A stretch of 64,000 nucleotides of DNA, taken from positions 189,665 to 253,664 of IMG/VR virus record IMGVR_UViG_3300017917_002466; one strand, 5' to 3'. The position numbers and the translations under genes were made by a program. Numbering within the stretch: position 1 is the first letter of the stretch; the number at the start of each line of letters is the position of its first letter. Below the pieces are notes generated by a model. It was not told the DNA's origin. It was given only the letters and a program-made list of their open reading frames with translations, and did not search any database. Positions 57,236 through 64,000 of this stretch are shown piece after piece.

Positions 57236-60161
57236 AAATTATAGTATAATAAAAATTAGTTGGTAAATTATCTGATCCTTGTGCTATAAATGTAAATAAA
57301 CTATTATCATTTTCAAAAATCATTATATCAATATTTGATAATGATTTGCGTGTATTAATTGAATTAAACTGTATTATTGAATAACAGTTAAAATTAAATA
57401 AAGGATTATCTTGATTAAAATAAAGTTGTTCTGGTAAATTAACTGTAATAGAATGTACTACTTCATTTGTTAATACCATTCCGTGAACAATTGCAGTTTT
57501 TCCTACTTTAGTATATTTAAAAGGAGCAATATTTGTATTTCCAATTTGTAAAGATGGATTAAGAGTTAATTCTCTCAATGGACCACCAGTACCTCTAATA
57601 TTACTGTTAGGAAAATTAATTTGAAAAGTAATAATATCAACTTTAAAAGACCCTTCTATATATCCTCTAACTTTAACATAACCATTTTCTAAAGAAACTT
57701 CAAAATTTGATGGAAATTCTTCTCCGGTTCCATTTGATGTTGGATTTTGTAATATATTATTAACTTCTGATTTAATATTTGATAATAAATTTTCAATAGT
57801 AGTATTACTATTAATACTTACTGAAATATTTGATTTATTTAAAGATGTTATAGATGATCCGTGTGTAAGATATAAAATAAAAGAAAAAGTTAAATTACTT
57901 GTTGTAGTTCCTACTTGAGCATCTATATTACCTAAAAATAATTCAGAAAGAGTTCCATTACTATTAGTTTTATCTTGTATATAATTTTGGAGATCAGCAA
58001 TTAAAAAAGTTTGAGTAGTATTATTTAATGATCCATCCCATTCTCCAACTGCTACCGATCTCTTTCTCTCATAAAAACCTGAATTTGAAAATGTTGCCAT
58101 AGTAGCATATATGTTATGATAACTACGAATATTTTCCATAGCTATAATTTCACTATCGCTAACAATATTATCAGTTGCACTAATATTTTCTGCTAGAATT
58201 CTTTTTGAAAAAAGATTATTCCAACGAATATTTTGAGTTCCTAAATCACATATTTCATTTGATATTGGCTGTATTGTTGAATCAACATAAATTTTCTTAC
58301 TAATAAGAAATAATTTTGAATTATTATCTAATAAGTCTTGCATTGTTTCTATTGAATTAGCTTTTTCAATAATATCTGTAAATGCAATAACTTTTTTAAA
58401 TCCTGCTCCAACAACTAAATTAAAGTCTCCTGCATATCCAGAATCTTCTACTTTAGATATCAATAAAGCTGTATTATAAGTTGTTCCAATATTTCTTAAC
58501 TCAACAGGACCAAATAATCCGATTTTTCCTTTCGATCCAAGTATAAGCTCAGCAGAAGTTGAAAGATTAGTATTTTGGCTATTAAATAAACCAGGAGACT
58601 TCCTTTCAATTTCATAAACAATATTTTTATGAGTTGCTCCAGTTTGACCAGCTAATGAAGCATATGAAGCTGAAGTATCAAGACCAGCAAAAATGTAAAT
58701 ATTTTCTACATTATATTCTTTACCAAGATTTTTATAATAAGTATTATATATAAGAAGATTTTGTTTTTCTCTCCATAAATCTCCTCCTTTAAAAGCACCG
58801 ATCAAATAAGAAGATTGAATTTCGGAAAAATCAATTATATCAATTCCTCTTAATTGTAAGGTAATTCCAAAAGGGTCTTTTTCTGGTGGAACCGAAGTTC
58901 CTCGAACTCCTCCTATTGTAATACTACCATAATTAACACTAATAGCATGATTATACCAACTAATTACATTAAGTGGAATTATATTCGTTGTATCTTTTGA
59001 TCCTGTATGTGATCCATTTTCAAGATATAATTCTCTAAAACGGTACTCATCTGTTCCAAGAGCAATTGATTGAGTTATTTTTGGACGAATAGATATAGCA
59101 TCTCCACAATATGTATTCCAATTTGCAACATTAAGAATAATATCTGCTCCAATTTTTCCATCAGTACTTTCAGTAACATCATATTGATTTGGACTAATAT
59201 CAATACTATCAAATCTATTATTATCGTAATCCATTCTAAGAATTGGAATACCTGTATCCAAATCTTGTCTAGCATATCTAAGATGCATTGCTGCACTTAT
59301 TTCACTAGTATTTCCATCAAATTGTCCAACTCCAATTCTATTTGGAAAGTATAATCCACCCGGAGAATGTGACCAATAATCAGCAGAAGATGAGAAAAAT
59401 ATTTCTTCCCACGTTGCATCTACTCCACTAATATCTAATTGAATATCAAATTCAAATTGACTATATCCAGTTTCTGTTCTTGAAATTTGTGCTGGAAAAG
59501 CTGATAAATAAGCTTCTCCAAAAAAGACTGAGGTTCCTAATGATGGCGGAGCCTCTGAAGCAAATAAAGCTATCTTATTAAACTTAAAAGAACCTTTACT
59601 ATTATCAATAATACATTTTATTGAACCTCTAAGTTGAGTTAAACTTGGTCCTTCATAAACTGGGTAATAATCACCAGCAGACCAATATTCTGAATATGTT
59701 GAAGGAGAATCTTCAAGAGGAGTAACTCCAGAAACAACTTGAGCATTAGTAGCCGACCAATTAAATAATCCACCACCAACATTTATTGAAGTCCATTCTG
59801 AAGCACTAATTTGATCTGAAAGTGGTTGGTTATTTAAAAGGTTTACAGGAACAGTTGATTTTTGATAAGAATTATATAAAGTATTTGGACTCCATAGACC
59901 AGCACTTGTAATATAACTTTCAGTATTATCAATAGAATATCCATTTTTTCTCCAAATTACTTCACCATATGGTACTAGTCTATGAATACCATCTTCAGCA
60001 ACTTGTTGAACAGAAGACAAAGTACTTGATTCAGTTCTAATATATGGGTCTATTCTATCATCATAAACTGGTACAAAATACTTCAAGTAAATGAAGATAC
60101 CTTCATCCTTTGCATACTTAACGAAATTCAATCCACCCTGTGTTAGCATTACATTTGGCAT
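57219..60161 (-). CDS. tail fibre/baseplate protein
   Basis: LT..G start and F.FN.IALF collar-like domain, DLG....RW..LF repeats, C-terminal YTKVGK...V.G...LP receptor-binding-like domain. Confidence 0.7.
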   Translation of the reverse strand: MPNVMLTQGGLNFVKYAKDEGIFIYLKYFVPVYDDRIDPYIRTESSTLSSVQQVAEDGIHRLVPYGEVIWRKNGYSIDNTESYITSAGLWSPNTLYNSYQKSTVPVNLLNNQPLSDQISASEWTSINVGGGLFNWSATNAQVVSGVTPLEDSPSTYSEYWSAGDYYPVYEGPSLTQLRGSIKCIIDNSKGSFKFNKIALFASEAPPSLGTSVFFGEAYLSAFPAQISRTETGYSQFEFDIQLDISGVDATWEEIFFSSSADYWSHSPGGLYFPNRIGVGQFDGNTSEISAAMHLRYARQDLDTGIPILRMDYDNNRFDSIDISPNQYDVTESTDGKIGADIILNVANWNTYCGDAISIRPKITQSIALGTDEYRFRELYLENGSHTGSKDTTNIIPLNVISWYNHAISVNYGSITIGGVRGTSVPPEKDPFGITLQLRGIDIIDFSEIQSSYLIGAFKGGDLWREKQNLLIYNTYYKNLGKEYNVENIYIFAGLDTSASYASLAGQTGATHKNIVYEIERKSPGLFNSQNTNLSTSAELILGSKGKIGLFGPVELRNIGTTYNTALLISKVEDSGYAGDFNLVVGAGFKKVIAFTDIIEKANSIETMQDLLDNNSKLFLISKKIYVDSTIQPISNEICDLGTQNIRWNNLFSKRILAENISATDNIVSDSEIIAMENIRSYHNIYATMATFSNSGFYERKRSVAVGEWDGSLNNTTQTFLIADLQNYIQDKTNSNGTLSELFLGNIDAQVGTTTSNLTFSFILYLTHGSSITSLNKSNISVSINSNTTIENLLSNIKSEVNNILQNPTSNGTGEEFPSNFEVSLENGYVKVRGYIEGSFKVDIITFQINFPNSNIRGTGGPLRELTLNPSLQIGNTNIAPFKYTKVGKTAIVHGMVLTNEVVHSITVNLPEQLYFNQDNPLFNFNCYSIIQFNSINTRKSLSNIDIMIFENDNSLFTFIAQGSDNLPTNFYYTIIYECEQ

Positions 60162-60199
60162 ATTTCTTTATACTCCTTAAAAACTCCTTATCTTTCAAT

Positions 60200-60207
60200 T
60201 ATTTATA
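60200..60207 (-). promoter_or_regulatory. T4-type late promoter
   Basis: TATAAATA in intergenic gap; AAGGAG SD downstream. Confidence 0.7.
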
Positions 60208-60229
60208 TTTCTTATAGAGTATCAACTAA

Positions 60230-61894
60230 TTATTCTGGATAAATATAACCATTCCAATCATTAGAGTATCCATTTGAATCAATTTTAATATAAACTGAAG
60301 ACCTTACCCAACAAGCGACTTCAAGCTCGAAAACTCTCTTTACATATCCTGCTAGCTTTCTAAATACTGTATTTATCGGTCTTATTGATTCAATTGCATT
60401 AACTACACTATTTCTTCTATTTTGTTGAGAAATATCTTGGCTTTTATCAAAATCAATATAAACAGCAAAATGTGGAGTTGGAAACCAATTATTTGGAATT
60501 TCTGATAAGTCTTTATTAAAATCAGCCCTCCAATTTTTACTATCTTCACTATAATCTGATGAAAAATATTCAATAATTTCACCAACTAAACCAAAAGAGT
60601 ATAACATTACTTTAATAGAATTCCTTGTAGTTTTAATTTTATACCAAGATGGAAGATTTTCTACAACAAATCTTAAATATTTATTAATATCTGAAGCTGA
60701 ACAATTAGAATCTATTTCAGTAGTTCCAAATTCTCCTGATTGAATACCTTCTGCGCTAACTCCAACTTCATCTCTTGAAACAGATACGTTATATCCAAGA
60801 TTAGATGCAAAGAACTGGATATATTCTATATCTATAAGACTTGGGTCATGTAATTCTGTCAATCTTGCTACTTTTTCAAGAATAGATATTTTTTGGGCTG
60901 AAGTAAAATAGTTTATATTAGACGGTTCAATTAATTGCATCTGTTCTACATTAGTAGCATCTGTTCTTGCACTAACATCAGTTGCTGAATAAATGAAATC
61001 CTGTTGTGCGGTTGCGGAAGAAGTTCCTGAATTTGAAACATAGAATGAACTTCTTGTTGTTAACTCAGTTGAACTTATTTCCCAACCACAAAGACCATTA
61101 TACATATTATTCAAAAATTCTTCAAAGAGTATTAAGAATTCCTCTGTTTCTCCGCCTCTTAGGTACAGAGGTAGGTATTCTCGTAGGTTGATGTTTTTAC
61201 AACTACCATATCTACCAACAATATCAGGGCCGCAGATAGTAATATAATCTTCTTTAGTTTGACAACAAGAACTTTCAATAATAGAAATAGAAGTTGTACT
61301 TATTCCAATATTACCGCTTATATCAAAAGCTGATACAGAAACTGTATAATTTCCTTTTGTTGAATATGTATGTTCAAATGTTGCTGTTGTATCTACTGTT
61401 GAAGAAGTATTACCATCTCCAAAATCCCATACAATATTAGTAATAGTTCCATCAAAATAAAGACTTCCGTGTTCGTCTGAAAAAATAATTACCGAACTTA
61501 CTGATGGTGAGCCATTTATCCAAATTTCTGGTAATGGATTAACATAAACTGGTTTTCCAGTAGCTACAGAAGTTATAAGAATATCACCTTGTGAATTAGT
61601 TACATTCGCATAAACTCCCCATAAATAATTCCCTTTATACCCAAAACTATGTTGTGCTGATGTTGATGAAGTAACAACTCTAGAATGATCGGTAAATGAA
61701 AAATAATAAGAAACCGTCCAGTCACTTCCCAATCCATTAGCAGAAGAAATAGCTGAAAAGGTAAAATTATTACCTACAAAATCTAATGTTTTATTAACAG
61801 TGGCAGAAAGAATATTAAAAGAAATATTATTATCAAACCAAAAGGCTCCTATTCCTTCTCTACTTTCTCCCCAAAGTCCAGTATTATATGTCAT
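60230..61894 (-). CDS. baseplate wedge protein (gp7/P2 gpI-like) with PKD domain
   Basis: WDFGDG..HTY...GNYTV; LP.YL, DP..ID.EY...A..LGY, YK.K.T...I...L..FG, IE..RP.NT. Confidence 0.75.
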   Translation of the reverse strand: MTYNTGLWGESREGIGAFWFDNNISFNILSATVNKTLDFVGNNFTFSAISSANGLGSDWTVSYYFSFTDHSRVVTSSTSAQHSFGYKGNYLWGVYANVTNSQGDILITSVATGKPVYVNPLPEIWINGSPSVSSVIIFSDEHGSLYFDGTITNIVWDFGDGNTSSTVDTTATFEHTYSTKGNYTVSVSAFDISGNIGISTTSISIIESSCCQTKEDYITICGPDIVGRYGSCKNINLREYLPLYLRGGETEEFLILFEEFLNNMYNGLCGWEISSTELTTRSSFYVSNSGTSSATAQQDFIYSATDVSARTDATNVEQMQLIEPSNINYFTSAQKISILEKVARLTELHDPSLIDIEYIQFFASNLGYNVSVSRDEVGVSAEGIQSGEFGTTEIDSNCSASDINKYLRFVVENLPSWYKIKTTRNSIKVMLYSFGLVGEIIEYFSSDYSEDSKNWRADFNKDLSEIPNNWFPTPHFAVYIDFDKSQDISQQNRRNSVVNAIESIRPINTVFRKLAGYVKRVFELEVACWVRSSVYIKIDSNGYSNDWNGYIYPE

Positions 61895-61906
61895 TTAAAT
61901 TCTCCC

Positions 61907-63427
61907 TTAAATCAACTTCAACTTAGCACAACATTTAACAGAATATTTTTGACCACGATATCCTGTATAAACGTGTGATATAGTATTAATAGTTGAAGTT
62001 TCAAAAGGAATATTACAAACATTATTAACATAGTCATAATCAAAACACCATTCATAAGTATCTACTTTATACTTTGATATTAATTCTGGGGAAAGATTAA
62101 TTGTTGCAGTAAAATCGACTACAAGTGGTGAAGAACCAATTCTTGGAACGCCCACAAAATTAACATTAATCTCTTGAGTTGAATAAACAGTAGGCTGAAG
62201 TAAATTAAAAAGTACTGAAAGATAAGGTGGACTTACAACAGTATTTTCAGTATTTATAATTATTACATTAGGTGGTAAAAGAATAGCTGAAATTTCTATT
62301 ATAGGAGCTTCGACAGTTTCATCTACTGGTCCAAAATAAAAGGCTCCAATATGTCCAACATTAACGCCAATAAAATCATTTTTAGATATTATGGAATTAA
62401 TTGGTTCATTTCCATAACCAATTCCACTAGTAGCAGAAAGTATTACTGAATATAATCCATTATTTAAATAAGTATGGGTTGGATTAGCACACGTTGAAAA
62501 TGATCCATCACCAAAATCCCAAAGATAAGTAGATGCTCCAGTTGAAAGATTTGTAAATTGGACATTAAGATTATTTGATCCGAATAATGGAGATGCACTA
62601 AAATCAGCTTGTGGATCAACAGCAGTAACTGTCTTACTTGCTATAGAATTATTCAATGGGCCATATGCAGAAAGAGTTATTGTATAAACTCCTGGAGTAT
62701 CATATCCAAAAGAAAACGAACTAGTTTTATGACAACTATTATCAATTAATCGGCCATCTCCAAAATCCCACTTACAAGCTGATTCATTTTGTGAAAGATT
62801 ATCAATATAAAATCCTGCGCTTGTAATAGAATCGAAATAATTAGGACCAATTCTTGTACATAAAGGCCAACCATAAGTATCATATGGTAGTAAATTAAAA
62901 TTAGCTAATGTTAAAATAACAGATACTGTTTTAATTTTTATACTTTGTGTAGTTGCTCCATTAGCTGATAATCTAACATTAAAACTTCCGCTTCCAGAAA
63001 ATATATGAATTGGATTAGTAGTACTTGAAGTATACCCATCTCCAAAATCCCAATTATATGTCAATGCATTAGTACTTGAATTACTAAATTGATATGTTGT
63101 TCCTGAAATTAAAGTATATCCAAAATCTGCACAAACAGATATTGCACTAATATAATTACTTCTTGTAGTAAGTCCTGAAGTTAATCCACTTATCGCAGTT
63201 AAACTAACAGTATAAATTCCAGAAGATTCATAAATGTGGGTTGGGTTAGCACTCGTTGAATAACTTAAATCTCCAAAATCCCAATAATAAGCTGAAGCTC
63301 CACTTGATAAATTAGTAAAAGTAATTAAAAGTGGCGTCTCACCAGATGTTGGAGTTGCACTAAAGAATGCTGATAAACCAGTTCCTTTATAATCTCCTAA
63401 TCCATATGTTAAACTTCCATAGGCCAT
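61907..63427 (-). CDS. multi-PKD-domain virion protein
   Basis: four WDFGD..ST..NP.H.Y...G.Y.V.L PKD repeats plus a degenerate fifth. Confidence 0.88.
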   Translation of the reverse strand: MAYGSLTYGLGDYKGTGLSAFFSATPTSGETPLLITFTNLSSGASAYYWDFGDLSYSTSANPTHIYESSGIYTVSLTAISGLTSGLTTRSNYISAISVCADFGYTLISGTTYQFSNSSTNALTYNWDFGDGYTSSTTNPIHIFSGSGSFNVRLSANGATTQSIKIKTVSVILTLANFNLLPYDTYGWPLCTRIGPNYFDSITSAGFYIDNLSQNESACKWDFGDGRLIDNSCHKTSSFSFGYDTPGVYTITLSAYGPLNNSIASKTVTAVDPQADFSASPLFGSNNLNVQFTNLSTGASTYLWDFGDGSFSTCANPTHTYLNNGLYSVILSATSGIGYGNEPINSIISKNDFIGVNVGHIGAFYFGPVDETVEAPIIEISAILLPPNVIIINTENTVVSPPYLSVLFNLLQPTVYSTQEINVNFVGVPRIGSSPLVVDFTATINLSPELISKYKVDTYEWCFDYDYVNNVCNIPFETSTINTISHVYTGYRGQKYSVKCCAKLKLI

Positions 63428-63491
63428 TATTAATATTTCCTAAAATTTAAAAAAATAAATTTATATTCTAATTTAAGGCATATTATTTTAT

Positions 63492-64000
63492 TTAAGGTAG
63501 TTCCCACCATCCATCAAAAGTAACTATTTTTGTACCACTTGTAGTCCAAAAAGTAGAACCTGTTGCGTCGTAATAAAAAGTTATTAAATAATCAGGAGCA
63601 TGTATAACATAACGGGCTCTTCCCACCTTCGTAGCTCCTTCACTTGTTCCAATAAAGGGATAATCGCCTCGTATATTAATATTTGATGATGATAGAGATG
63701 GGGGAATATGAACATGAGCATTAACAGAACTATTAGACGTACCACTTATATAAAGTCTATAAAGTACTATTTTTCCAATTCTTTTATATGCAGCACTTAT
63801 ATCAACTGCACTAGATACCCATCCAGATGCACTTACACTTGAAACAGGTTGTACTGTCCATTTAGTTGTAAATATATCATTACCAGCTGATATATCTGTT
63901 CCAGCTGTTATACTTGTACCCGCACTTATAGTAGTTGCACTTAAACTACTGGATTTAATACTTGTACCCGCATTAATACTTGTACCCGCACTTATAGTAG
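63492..64000 (-). CDS. C-terminal part of a tail fibre protein (5'-partial, not in ORF track)
   Basis: open frame TISAGTSINAGTS...YKRIGKIV...GWWELP*; SAGTSI repeats. Confidence 0.8.
   Translation of the reverse strand, partial: TISAGTSINAGTSIKSSSLSATTISAGTSITAGTDISAGNDIFTTKWTVQPVSSVSASGWVSSAVDISAAYKRIGKIVLYRLYISGTSNSSVNAHVHIPPSLSSSNINIRGDYPFIGTSEGATKVGRARYVIHAPDYLITFYYDATGSTFWTTSGTKIVTFDGWWELP

Noticed and set aside
566-61191. Many plus-strand and nested ORFs in the track (e.g. 566..991, 3744..4274, 48818..49114)
   Set aside because: Shadows of well-supported minus-strand genes; no motifs or SD sequences
53433-62258. TATAAATA matches inside tail genes (53433, 62251)
   Set aside because: Deep within CDSs of very AT-rich DNA; expected by chance
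1-64000. CRISPR array, tRNA or rRNA genes
   Set aside because: No repeat-spacer periodicity outside coding repeats; no tRNA cloverleaf or T-loop pattern recognised in the few intergenic gaps (tRNAscan not run)
57219-64000. Diversity-generating retroelement acting on tail fibres
   Set aside because: No reverse transcriptase and no template/variable repeat pair seen in the window

Overview
AT-rich, gene-dense segment of a large T4-like (jumbo) myovirus genome. Almost all genes are on the minus strand and read in standard code 11. Evidence for phage origin: a RegA translational repressor, a gp19/gp54-like tail-tube domain, baseplate/tail-fibre/PKD proteins, T4 late promoters (TATAAATA) in intergenic gaps, and free-standing homing endonucleases. 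Layout: (i) 1-3.6 kb, HNH endonuclease, NAD-dependent DNA ligase and small sigma70-driven genes. (ii) 3.6-18.4 kb and 42.6-49.4 kb, two blocks in which about 25 otherwise unrelated proteins carry a T4 capsid-targeting/prohead-protease-like tag (M-x-F-x-[ED]-[YF]-[YFL]-x-E). They include a CCA-adding enzyme, an ART-like protein, two GNATs, a Gp88-like Fe-S protein, a nucleotidase, a P-loop kinase, an AAA+ ATPase and two pol-beta nucleotidyltransferases, which suggests a packaged and injected enzyme cargo. (iii) 18.5-40.3 kb, a ~22-kb glycan biosynthesis island (about 11 glycosyltransferase-like genes, methyl- and acetyltransferases, two B12 radical-SAM enzymes, a nucleotide-sugar module). (iv) 50-64 kb, tail/baseplate proteins strikingly enriched in a Ser-Ala motif, a candidate sequon for phage-encoded virion glycosylation. 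Several internally deleted gene scars and two structured antisense-like RNA elements upstream of decayed endonuclease genes were also found by eye. All family calls come from motif recognition, not database searches.
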